DNA of 40,268 nucleotides from Thermodesulfobacteriota bacterium (GTDB lineage Bacteria; Desulfobacterota; Syntrophia; Syntrophales; JADFWA01): NCBI GenBank assembly GCA_034658835.1, contig JAYEGA010000073.1, positions 1 to 40,268 of the forward strand, read 5' to 3'. Shown piece by piece: positions 28,562 to 37,335 of this stretch (position 1 is its first letter; each line of letters starts with the position of its first letter). The notes under the pieces were generated by a model. It saw only the letters and a program-made list of their open reading frames with translations, ran no database searches and was not told where the DNA came from. The position numbers and the translations under genes were made by a program.

Positions 28562-29049
28562 AGAGAAGGGATTTTATAAGGATAGGCCTTTTTGCCATAC
28601 CCGTGATTTACGGGTTTCCTGACAGGCTTTTTCGTTTTAAAGGGAAAGATGCACTGGCCTCGAGTGACCCGGACATACAGCATTACAACTTTTCCGGTTC
28701 TTATTCCGGAGAAATAATGGATGACATGATTTTGATGCCCGAAGAATTCATGTTTTCATTAAGAAAATATCAATTTCATGTTGTGGCGCCGGAGGACAAT
28801 GGTTTCGTGTTCCTTATCCCGGAGGACACTCCCCAGATGAAGGTGTTTAAGAAAATAAAGAACTCCAGGCTTTTCAAGAAAAAAACACCGTTCTTACACG
28901 AGGAAAATGTTGAAATAACAGACAATGGACGTGTCTTAATTCCCCGGGAAATGCGGGAATTTGCCGGAATCAGATCAGGAAAGGTGACTATTGTCGGGCA
29001 GCAAAGCATGATAGAAATACGGGATACAAAAAGCTTCGCGACACTGTAA
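28558..29049 (+). CDS. hypothetical protein with an N-terminal RRDFIR motif plus hydrophobic stretch and a C-terminal SpoVT/AbrB (MraZ/MazE-like) domain
   Basis: 163 aa. A strong RBS (AAGGAGGG) precedes it. The N-terminus is MKRRDFIRIGLFAIPVIYGF. The C-terminus ITDNGRVLIPREMREFAGIRSGKVTIVGQQSMIEIRD fits the AbrB swapped-hairpin pattern. It overlaps the protease gene by 4 nt. Confidence 0.6.
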   Translation: MKRRDFIRIGLFAIPVIYGFPDRLFRFKGKDALASSDPDIQHYNFSGSYSGEIMDDMILMPEEFMFSLRKYQFHVVAPEDNGFVFLIPEDTPQMKVFKKIKNSRLFKKKTPFLHEENVEITDNGRVLIPREMREFAGIRSGKVTIVGQQSMIEIRDTKSFATL

Positions 29050-29130
29050 AAGTCAAAATCACCTGTATTTCTCATCCCCGCTCTGCATTAGGTGCGGGAT
29101 AAACCCCGGCGGGAATCAGTTGTTTACAAA

Positions 29131-29421
29131 ATGTATAAAAGATCACACGAATTTGCCTTCAGAGAGCTGGACGATACCTTTCTTGTAATTCCATCAAATA
29201 TGAAAAATGTTGAGAATAAGATCATTTATTACACTTTAAATGAGGTGGGACGGGAGGTCTGGAAGAGACTTGACGGGAAGAAAACATTAAATGACATAGG
29301 TGAGGAGTTGCTGGCAATATATGACATAGATCGGGGACGACTGTTAAGTGATATACGTGAACTCCTGTCAGATATGGAGGAGAAGGGTGTCGTTGTGAAG
29401 GCAAGTGATTCGGATGGATAA
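29131..29421 (+). CDS. PqqD-family peptide chaperone (RRE), copy 2
   Basis: 96 aa from the ATG at 29131. FAFRELDDTFLVIP..IIYYTLNEVGREVWKRLDGKKTLNDIGEELLAIYDIDRGRLLSDIRELLSDMEEKGVVV is a textbook PqqD pattern. Confidence 0.85.
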   Translation: MYKRSHEFAFRELDDTFLVIPSNMKNVENKIIYYTLNEVGREVWKRLDGKKTLNDIGEELLAIYDIDRGRLLSDIRELLSDMEEKGVVVKASDSDG

Positions 29422-30763
29422 AACGTGTGACTTATCAGAAATCAAGGTAAATTACGGGACACTTTTCTTCACAGGGGATCCACTGTTGATCCTTAATCTA
29501 AGCGGTAAAAGGGCTTGTAAACTTCTTTTGTCCAACCCTGAGGACGTTAAACTCCTCTCTCTTGTCTATCAAAATAAACATGCAAACATCCTGGATGACG
29601 AGAAGATTGAAAAGCTTTTGAAGTGGGTGGATGAAGGTATTATTATCAGGGAGAGTTCACATGGCAAAGAAGAGGGCAAATCAAAAAACCCGTTTTTGTC
29701 CCTTCTTAGGGAGTTTTCATCAACTGCTTACCTGACTCACCATCAGCACAGTCTTGTCGATTACCACCGTGAAGGGATTACAGATCCCGGGAAGCAATTT
29801 GAGGATGAGGAAATTACCCTCTCCCACGTTTATCGCTTTTCCCATCCTGCCCTGAAAGGATTAAGTTACGGAGCGCGGTTCGCAGAGGTGTGCTGCGAAA
29901 AGGGAGTGCTGAAAAAAGGGGCAAATATTCTGGAGGTAGGCTGCGGCATCGGTTATTTTGGAAATGCGTTTCTTTCATATTTAAAGGAAAGATTTCCGGA
30001 TATTTACAATACGATCCATTATACATTTTTTGATCTTTCCCCGGTTTTACTCTCGTCTCAGAAAGAGACAAATATATCCCATGAAAAAATGACCTCTTTC
30101 ATTGAGGGCAATATAGAAAATTATGACTTTGGTCATTCCAGATTTGATCTTGTCATTTCTAATGAAATGATAGCTGATCTTGGAGTGGCAAAATTGAAAA
30201 AAAACTATTTTTTTTCAGATGAGACGCCGCCGGAATCTCTGACAGAGACGGTGGCGTTTTGTAAGAGATGCAACTTAAATTTTGAAGACGCCTTTGAAGA
30301 ATTTCTGATCAACATAGGGGCTTTTAATTTCATCACTAAATTAAAAGAAATCTTATCTTCTGACGGAAATGCCATTGTTGTCGAATATGGGGATATTCAT
30401 CTTTATCCGCATGCCTCTGAACTTAGTGCCCATACGGAATTTTCCATTCACTTCGGTCATCTGATTGAAGTTGCGAAAGTGTTGGGTTTTAATACCGAAT
30501 TTTCGAATATGCTGGACTTTCTCGGATTTAATGAGAATGAAAAGGTTCTTGATTACCTTTCTTTCATCGCCCTGAAGGAGCATTTGTTGCCTTTTTTCAA
30601 CAGGAGTATATCCCAGCTTGCCTATACGGAAGAGAGCCTGGGGAGAGCTATAGGAAAAGAGTTTTTAGCACGTATTCATGGTCTTCATTTTGCTGATATT
30701 TCGGAGGCATCTGCAACAGTAAATCCACAGAGTTTCCGGGTGCTGATAATTTCAAAGGCATGA
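29414..30763 (+). CDS. class I SAM-dependent methyltransferase, MidA/NDUFAF7-like (Methyltransf_28-like), with an N-terminal extension of about 170 aa
   Basis: Has motif I ILEVGCGIGYFGNAF, followed by YTFFDLSPVLLSSQKE and ISNEMIADLGV. These resemble the E.G.G.G / vE.Sp.L...Q / aNEf.DAlPv signatures of the MidA family. The start is either the ATG at 29414 or the GTG at 29405, and it overlaps the RRE2 stop. Confidence 0.65.
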   Translation: MDKTCDLSEIKVNYGTLFFTGDPLLILNLSGKRACKLLLSNPEDVKLLSLVYQNKHANILDDEKIEKLLKWVDEGIIIRESSHGKEEGKSKNPFLSLLREFSSTAYLTHHQHSLVDYHREGITDPGKQFEDEEITLSHVYRFSHPALKGLSYGARFAEVCCEKGVLKKGANILEVGCGIGYFGNAFLSYLKERFPDIYNTIHYTFFDLSPVLLSSQKETNISHEKMTSFIEGNIENYDFGHSRFDLVISNEMIADLGVAKLKKNYFFSDETPPESLTETVAFCKRCNLNFEDAFEEFLINIGAFNFITKLKEILSSDGNAIVVEYGDIHLYPHASELSAHTEFSIHFGHLIEVAKVLGFNTEFSNMLDFLGFNENEKVLDYLSFIALKEHLLPFFNRSISQLAYTEESLGRAIGKEFLARIHGLHFADISEASATVNPQSFRVLIISKA

Positions 30764-30811
30764 ATCAACAGAATCATAAGTGCTGGTGTCTATTATATAC
30801 CGTGTGTCATT

Positions 30812-31978
30812 ATGGGGTCAGAAATAGAAGATAAACTTTTAAGGATCATAGCCCGGCAGACACTGAGCGGGGATGATGCTGCATGGCTCGAAGAAAACAT
30901 AAAAAAGAGTATAGACTGGCCTGTCGTTATAGATAAAGCCATCGAAGAAGGGCTTGCCCCATTTCTTTATTTCCATTGCCGGAATCTCGGCATTTTAACA
31001 AACCTGCCCAAATCCTCCAGGAAGTTGTTAGCTCGCATATATGCTGAAACGTCGCTTATAAATCAACACATGATGAAAGTGCTTGAAGACCTGAGGGAAT
31101 TCTTGAAAAAGTATAAAGTTCCGGTAATCGTTCTCAAGGGGGCAGCTTTACTGGAGCTGGTTTATTCGGATATCGGCCTTCGGCCCATGGAGGATATTGA
31201 CCTTATGGTTCGACCGGAGAATCTGGATGACATGAGGAAAATTCTGAAGGATATGGGCTTTTCCTCGAATCAGTTTTACCCGAATACATATAAAAGGGGC
31301 ATCATTTCCATAGACCTGCACACTGATTTCCTCTCCACGCACCGAATACGGAGTCGCCGGGAGATAATGAATATTCAATATGAAGATGTGTGGACAAGGG
31401 CGATTTCTCTCAGGGATAATCATTCCTCTTTATTCCGGCTTTCACTGTACGACAACCTTATTTCCCTCTCATCCCATCTTTTAAAGCATGGATTCAGGCG
31501 ACTTATCTGGTTTGTCGATATTAAAGAATCTATTGAAAGAAACAGGGAAAAGATTGACTGGTCGGATCTGATACAATATTTCCGGGGGGTTCGGGCTGAC
31601 AGAGTTCTGCTCTACTTTTTATTACTCGCAAAACACCTTCTTGAAATGAATGTTCCCGATCATGTCCTGAATTCCCTTGGGAAAAACAATCTTTCAGCTT
31701 TTGAGAAATATGTCCTGAGGCTTCGACTGGTAAATGCCCCGTTAGGATTAACAACGGAAATTTTATGGCTGTTTCAGATAAGGGGATGGGGAAAAAGAAT
31801 TCAGTTCATTGCAGAAAATATCTTTCCAAAGAAGGAAATAATGAACCAGATATTTCCTTCTTCTTCATTTTCTTTTTTAAACTTGTTACGGAGATTTGTT
31901 AATATTTTCTCACAATTTTTATGTGATTTTTCTTCATCTCTCAGGGTTATTGTTAAAGGCGGGCTGCCTCCGCTTTAA
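30812..31978 (+). CDS. nucleotidyltransferase family protein (PF14907 / NTP_transf_5-like)
   Basis: 388 aa. VIVLKGAALLELVYSDIGLRPMEDIDLMVRPENLDDMRKILKDMGF matches the ..lKG.al......y.....R...DiDlLv.. core of the uncharacterised nucleotidyltransferase family that accompanies HprK-like kinases and PqqD proteins in RiPP loci. Confidence 0.7.
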   Translation: MGSEIEDKLLRIIARQTLSGDDAAWLEENIKKSIDWPVVIDKAIEEGLAPFLYFHCRNLGILTNLPKSSRKLLARIYAETSLINQHMMKVLEDLREFLKKYKVPVIVLKGAALLELVYSDIGLRPMEDIDLMVRPENLDDMRKILKDMGFSSNQFYPNTYKRGIISIDLHTDFLSTHRIRSRREIMNIQYEDVWTRAISLRDNHSSLFRLSLYDNLISLSSHLLKHGFRRLIWFVDIKESIERNREKIDWSDLIQYFRGVRADRVLLYFLLLAKHLLEMNVPDHVLNSLGKNNLSAFEKYVLRLRLVNAPLGLTTEILWLFQIRGWGKRIQFIAENIFPKKEIMNQIFPSSSFSFLNLLRRFVNIFSQFLCDFSSSLRVIVKGGLPPL

Positions 31979-32087
31979 TCTCGTGGAAATTCGTAGTTTC
32001 CCCTTAAAAATCCTGTGAAAGAGTACAATCTCACTTTGATTGTTGCAAAATTTATGATAAAAGGCGATTGACCATTTATCAAAAGCT

Positions 32088-34685
32088 TTGGAGACACTTA
32101 TGAACAGAAAATACCGCCCCCATGAAATCGAAGAGAAGTGGCAAAAACGGTGGGAGGAAGAAGAAACCTTTAAGGTGACGGAAGATCCCGGCAAGGAAAA
32201 GTACTACCTGCTGGAGATGTTTCCATACCCCTCCGGCAGGATTCACATGGGGCATGTTAGGAACTATACTATCGGTGATGTAGTGGCACGGTATAAATTG
32301 ATGAGGGGATATAATGTGCTCCATCCGATGGGGTGGGATTCCTTCGGTATGCCGGCAGAAAATGCCGCTATTGAACAGGGGATTCACCCTTCAGAGTGGA
32401 CGAACGAGAATATCGCCAACATGAAAAAGCAGCTCAAGAGGATGGGTTTCAGCTACGATTGGGACAGGGAACTGTCAACCTGTGATCCGGAGTACTACAG
32501 GTGGGAACAACTATTCTTCCTCTGGATGTTTGAGAAAGGGCTGGTCTATAAAAAAGCATCAGCAATTAACTGGTGCCCTGACTGCAAGACTGTTCTGGCA
32601 AATGAGCAGGTAGAGGCGGGACTCTGCTGGAGATGCGGTACCGAGGTTGAAGAGAAATACCTTGAACAGTGGTTTTTTCGTATAACATCTTATGTGGAAG
32701 AGCTTCTGGAGTACTGTGACAAACTTCCCGGTTGGCCCGAGAGGATTCTTACCATGCAGAAGAACTGGATAGGTAAGAGTGAGGGTGTTGAAATAATTTT
32801 TCCGATGGCGGACGGTGGTGGAGAGATAAAAGTTTTCACTACCAGGCAGGACACGCTTTTCGGGGCCACCTTCATGTTGATAGCTCCCGAACATCCTCTT
32901 GTGATGGAACTGGTACGAGGAAAACCGGGGGAAAAAGAGGTCAGGAAATTTGTTGAAAAGGTAAAGAAACAGGACATGATGATAAGGACGTCCGACTATT
33001 ACGAGAAGGAAGGAATATTTCTTGATACCTACTGCCTTAATCCTGTGACCAACGAAAAAATGCCGATTTATGCTGCGAATTTTGTCCTTGCTGACTATGG
33101 TACCGGTTGTGTCATGGCGGTTCCGACTCATGACCAGAGGGACTTTGAATTTGCCCAGGAATACGGCCTTCCGATGGTTGTGGTCATTCAAAATCCGGAC
33201 AGCCCGCTGGATGTAGAAACAATGACCGAGGCTTACGTGGATGAAGGAATCCTCGTTAATTCAGGTCAGTTCAACGGGATGGAGAATACGAAGGCTCTTG
33301 ATGGAATAGTGGATTATTTGGAATCCATCGACCGGGGGAGAAGAACCGTTGAATATCGCTTGAAGGACTGGGGGATATCGAGGCAGAGATACTGGGGATC
33401 TCCGATTCCTGTTATTTACTGCGAAAAATGTGGTACGGTACCGGTACCTGAATCTGACCTTCCAGTTGTTCTTCCACAGGACGTGGAGCTGAGGAGCGAA
33501 GGTGGGTCCACGCTGGCAAGGCACAAGTCCTTTGTAGAAACAGATTGTCCAAATTGCGGGGGTTCTGCAAAAAGAGAAACCGATACAATGGATACTTTTG
33601 TAGAATCTTCATGGTACTTTAACAGATTCTGCTGTGCGGATTATTCAGAGAGTCCGGGGCTTGACAGGAAAAAAGTAGATTACTGGATGCCCGTGGATCA
33701 GTATATCGGCGGGATTGAACATGCCATAATGCACCTGCTTTATGCAAGATTCTATACGAAGATGCTGAGAGATTTCGGGATATTAGAAGTTGATGAACCA
33801 TTTACAAATCTCCTTACCCAGGGAATGGTCTGCAAGGAGACCATGAGATGTAAAGAACACGGGTATCTTTACCCTGACGAGGTGAAGGACGGTAAATGCA
33901 CACGCTGCAGGTATGAGGTTACGACAGGCAAGACGGAGAAGATGTCCAAGTCCCTGAAGAACGTGGTTGACCCCGATTATATTATTGAGGAATATGGCGC
34001 TGATACTGCCAGGCTTTTCTGCCTCTTTGCCTCCCCCCCTGAAAAGGACCTGGAGTGGAGTGACCAGGGGGTGGATGGATCGTTCCGCTTTCTGAGCAGG
34101 GCATGGCGTATTGTTATGGATTACCTTGACGATATCAAGGATGTTAAACCCTTTGATGGGAAGGAAGAGCTTGAGGGCGATCTAAAAAACCTGAGGAGAA
34201 AGACCCACCAGACGATAAAGAGGGTGACTAATGATATAGAGGGAAGATTCCACTTCAATACCGCTATAAGTGCTGTTATGGAACTTGTCAATACACTATA
34301 TCAGTTAGAGCATCCTGACAGGTCAGATGCAAAAGCTCTTTCCGTTGTAAGAGAAACCATTGAAAGTATTGTTCTCCTGCTTGCCCCGATTGTTCCCCAC
34401 GTTACGGAGGAGCTCTGGGAGATGCTTGGGCAGGTTGAAACTTTTTCCGATGGTTTCTGGCCTTCCTGTGATGTAGCGGTTGCTGCGGAAGAGGAGATTA
34501 CAATAGTCGTACAAATAAATGGGAAGCTGAGGAGCAGGATCATGGTAAGTGCGGATGAATCTGACGAAAAAATAAAGGAAATGGCGCTCTCTGATGAAAA
34601 GATAAGTAAACTTATCGCTGGCAAAGAGGTGGTGAAAGAGATATATGTTCCTAAAAAGCTGGTTAACATTGTTGTAAAGGGTTAG
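32088..34685 (+). CDS. leuS: leucine--tRNA ligase
   Basis: 865 aa. Has HMGHVRNY (HIGH) and KMSKS. The ATG at 32100 (MNRKY..) has better spacing from the GGAGA at 32090-32094. Confidence 0.97.
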   Translation: METLMNRKYRPHEIEEKWQKRWEEEETFKVTEDPGKEKYYLLEMFPYPSGRIHMGHVRNYTIGDVVARYKLMRGYNVLHPMGWDSFGMPAENAAIEQGIHPSEWTNENIANMKKQLKRMGFSYDWDRELSTCDPEYYRWEQLFFLWMFEKGLVYKKASAINWCPDCKTVLANEQVEAGLCWRCGTEVEEKYLEQWFFRITSYVEELLEYCDKLPGWPERILTMQKNWIGKSEGVEIIFPMADGGGEIKVFTTRQDTLFGATFMLIAPEHPLVMELVRGKPGEKEVRKFVEKVKKQDMMIRTSDYYEKEGIFLDTYCLNPVTNEKMPIYAANFVLADYGTGCVMAVPTHDQRDFEFAQEYGLPMVVVIQNPDSPLDVETMTEAYVDEGILVNSGQFNGMENTKALDGIVDYLESIDRGRRTVEYRLKDWGISRQRYWGSPIPVIYCEKCGTVPVPESDLPVVLPQDVELRSEGGSTLARHKSFVETDCPNCGGSAKRETDTMDTFVESSWYFNRFCCADYSESPGLDRKKVDYWMPVDQYIGGIEHAIMHLLYARFYTKMLRDFGILEVDEPFTNLLTQGMVCKETMRCKEHGYLYPDEVKDGKCTRCRYEVTTGKTEKMSKSLKNVVDPDYIIEEYGADTARLFCLFASPPEKDLEWSDQGVDGSFRFLSRAWRIVMDYLDDIKDVKPFDGKEELEGDLKNLRRKTHQTIKRVTNDIEGRFHFNTAISAVMELVNTLYQLEHPDRSDAKALSVVRETIESIVLLLAPIVPHVTEELWEMLGQVETFSDGFWPSCDVAVAAEEEITIVVQINGKLRSRIMVSADESDEKIKEMALSDEKISKLIAGKEVVKEIYVPKKLVNIVVKG

Positions 34686-34700
34686 GTTAGGAGTTAACTG

Positions 34701-35237
34701 ATGATTTGGCGAATACTGAAAATAAATTTTCTGACAGTTATCGTGTTGTTTTCCTTTCTTGCTTCTGGCTGTGGATATCACTTCTCTCCAGCAGGAGAAC
34801 ACATAGATAAAAGTATCCAGACGGTCTTTGTTGATAATTTCTCCAACAAGACCAGTGAGGCAAATATTGAAAACTATTTCAGGAATTCATTTATTGATCA
34901 GTTTACAAGAGGAAGTAGATTCAAGCTGGTGAACAGTAAAGATCTTGCAGATGCTGTATTAAAAGGAAGTATAAACAGTCTTGTTACTCCTCACCTTGCT
35001 TACAGCGAAACCAGGTTGGCTAAGGAAAACCGTGTAGTCGTAATGATGGAGGTTGTGTTTGAGAAGAAAGAAAACAAGGAGATTATCTGGGCTAACAAGC
35101 ATCTTTTAGAGGATGAAGATTACATGGTTGATGAAAGTAGCCCGAATACGACTGAAATTAATAGAAAAGAAGCCCTCCGGAAGCTTGCGGAGGACATAGC
35201 TGAAAAAACATATCGATATATTATGTCAGGATTTTGA
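34701..35237 (+). CDS. lptE: LPS-assembly lipoprotein LptE-like
   Basis: 178 aa. Signal peptide with lipobox LASGC. Its position immediately after leuS is the conserved leuS-lptE order. Sequence similarity itself was not verifiable by eye. Confidence 0.6.
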   Translation: MIWRILKINFLTVIVLFSFLASGCGYHFSPAGEHIDKSIQTVFVDNFSNKTSEANIENYFRNSFIDQFTRGSRFKLVNSKDLADAVLKGSINSLVTPHLAYSETRLAKENRVVVMMEVVFEKKENKEIIWANKHLLEDEDYMVDESSPNTTEINRKEALRKLAEDIAEKTYRYIMSGF

Positions 35238-35501
35238 AATGGAAAGGGAATTTACCTTCCTGGCCAGCCTTGATATTTTGCGCGATGCAGTATTTTTATG
35301 AAGGACACCCTTGGTTGAGGCCTTGTCTATAACAGGTATAACCTTGGCAAGGGCGCTCTTTGCCCCTTCTATATCCTTGTTTTCAACGGTCTTGAGAACT
35401 TCTTTGATTCTTGTCTTTACATAGGTTTTTATCGAGGTGTTCCTTATCCTCCGTTTTTCATTCTGTCTGTTTCTCTTTTCTGCAGATTTATGTGTTGCCA
35501 A
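35226..35501 (-). CDS. rpsT: 30S ribosomal protein S20
   Basis: (L)ATHKSAEKRNRQNEKRRIRNTS.. is S20-like. The TTG start at 35501-35499 lies 7 nt after an AAGGAGGAG RBS. The longer track ORF (to 35546) is an upstream read-through. Confidence 0.9.
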   Translation of the reverse strand: MATHKSAEKRNRQNEKRRIRNTSIKTYVKTRIKEVLKTVENKDIEGAKSALAKVIPVIDKASTKGVLHKNTASRKISRLARKVNSLSISKS

Positions 35502-35571
35502 TAAAACTCCTCCTTCTTTTCCCCTGTCATTTATAAAAGAACACACTACCTATATTAGTTTAAATGTCATG

Positions 35572-37335
35572 TCAAGTTGAAATCGAGTTACGTATCCCAT
35601 TTTCTGCAAGCTCCAGGATGTGCCTGGCGTACTCGCTTTTCAGGGCGTCAAGGTAATCCTCATCCACCGGTCCTTTCCAGGTAGTCACTTCGGTGAAACG
35701 CCTTGGGATGCTTATCTCTTTCGGATCAAAGCCAGTGGCTACACGGATCTGCCAGCGCAATTTCTGGATATGGCGTGATACGGCCTCCATGTTATCGGCC
35801 AGGGCAGTGTAGCCCACCGATTTAAGGCAATCAGCCAGGCATTCTTCATTGTACAATTCTCGTGCGAAGAGACAGGAGACCATAGAGGTCAGAAAAACCC
35901 GGCTTTCTTCGTCGTGCACCAGGAAATCCACAACCTTTCCCACGTTCTTGTCTTTGTGTTTCTGGTCGTAGGAGTATCCGCCTGTATCCAGGTGCGAATG
36001 CCGAAATCCCAGGGACTGGGCTGTGAAAAAGACCTCGCCAGTGGCGTAACCAGCCATCTCCTGCCCGAGTACGCAGGCAAACTCGGCCCCACCATAGTGC
36101 CCGGCTGCCTTCAAGGTCCCCTGCCCGAGCAGGCGGTAGAACTCATTGGAACCCATACCCAGATGACGGACAGCCTCCTTGTACGACTCGGCATCGCCAA
36201 ACTTTAAGTCAACCAGCGTCTCCTTTTCTGAGACGATTCCTTTCTCGAGGGCCTCAGTGGCCCAGGCAAGGGCCACACCACCGGACATCACGTCCAACCC
36301 CATCTTTTCCACCATGTCCATGATACCGAGTACGGCAAAGGTATCGGTCACGCCGAGCATAGAACCTGTGGCAAAGATGGGCTCGTAGTCGTACGAGACT
36401 TGGCGGTAGAGATACTGGTTCGGTTCCATGAACTTTTCCCGCACAAACCCGATGTGGATGCACCCCACAGGGCACCCTGAACAGGCCATATTGCGCAACA
36501 GGGTGTCGTCGGCAAACCTGTCTCCGGTAATGCCCTTAATGGCCGGGTCGCTGGTCTGTTGCAGGTTCCGCCACGGTAGTGACTTGAGTTTGTTCAATGT
36601 CTCCAGGTTCGCGGCAGTGCCAAGGTCGTGGTATTTGCTCATCATGTCTGTGGCAGTTGCCTTGCTGTACACTTCCTGAAAAAGACTGGGATATTCCTTT
36701 CCCTCTGGCAAGGCAAAAGAACTACCCCCCTGAATGACGATTCCCTTAAGATTTTTGGCACCCATAACAGCACCGGCGCCGAGCCTGCCAAAATGGCGAT
36801 ATGTCTCCAGGTTGATACAGGCAAATGCGCATTTGTTCTCCCCTGCGGGGCCGATACGAAGAATACTTCGATGTCCACGGCCCGGAAACATGTTTCTCAA
36901 GGTCTTGCCTGTAAAAAACACGTCACGGCCCCATAAGAAGCTAACGTCCTTAACCTCAAGGTGTTTTTGACCTACAGAGACACACACCGGACCTTTGGCC
37001 CGGCCGACAATCACCAGGGCATCCAGGTCGGCAAAACGCAAGGCCAGGGCTGAGCGGCCCCCGGCGTGGCTTTCGGCATACTGGTCGTGGTAGGGCGACT
37101 TGAAGGCGCCCACGGTTTTACTCATAAGAGGGAAGTAGCCCGTGAGCGGGCCGATGGCAAAAATGAGCGGCTGATCCGGGTCGTCCCAGGGTTTGTCAGT
37201 ATGGCCGTATTTGTTAAACAGTGCCGCAGCAAGCCCGCTGCCACCCGCTTCTTTATCCCGGCCCTCAAGGCTGATCACGTTACCTCGACGCGTGGAAAGG
37301 TCCACGGTCAGTACTCTGAAATGATCCCTGATCAT
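35572..37335 (-). CDS. aldehyde:ferredoxin oxidoreductase family (tungsten/molybdopterin) enzyme
   Basis: About 587 aa from MIRDHFRVLTVDLSTRRG.. The AOR N-terminal domain pattern is present, along with the cluster-binding motif CSGCPVGC. The start overlaps the stop of the upstream ferredoxin gene (ATGA). Confidence 0.9.
   Translation of the reverse strand: MIRDHFRVLTVDLSTRRGNVISLEGRDKEAGGSGLAAALFNKYGHTDKPWDDPDQPLIFAIGPLTGYFPLMSKTVGAFKSPYHDQYAESHAGGRSALALRFADLDALVIVGRAKGPVCVSVGQKHLEVKDVSFLWGRDVFFTGKTLRNMFPGRGHRSILRIGPAGENKCAFACINLETYRHFGRLGAGAVMGAKNLKGIVIQGGSSFALPEGKEYPSLFQEVYSKATATDMMSKYHDLGTAANLETLNKLKSLPWRNLQQTSDPAIKGITGDRFADDTLLRNMACSGCPVGCIHIGFVREKFMEPNQYLYRQVSYDYEPIFATGSMLGVTDTFAVLGIMDMVEKMGLDVMSGGVALAWATEALEKGIVSEKETLVDLKFGDAESYKEAVRHLGMGSNEFYRLLGQGTLKAAGHYGGAEFACVLGQEMAGYATGEVFFTAQSLGFRHSHLDTGGYSYDQKHKDKNVGKVVDFLVHDEESRVFLTSMVSCLFARELYNEECLADCLKSVGYTALADNMEAVSRHIQKLRWQIRVATGFDPKEISIPRRFTEVTTWKGPVDEDYLDALKSEYARHILELAENGIRNSIST

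Noticed and set aside
24949-31978. Lasso-peptide cluster (YxxPxL-like leader motif, PqqD, HprK-like kinase and PF14907 nucleotidyltransferase are all typical lasso accessories)
   Set aside because: No asparagine-synthetase-like lasso cyclase and no transglutaminase-like B2 protease ORF exists anywhere in the window. Two radical-SAM enzymes occupy the core positions instead.
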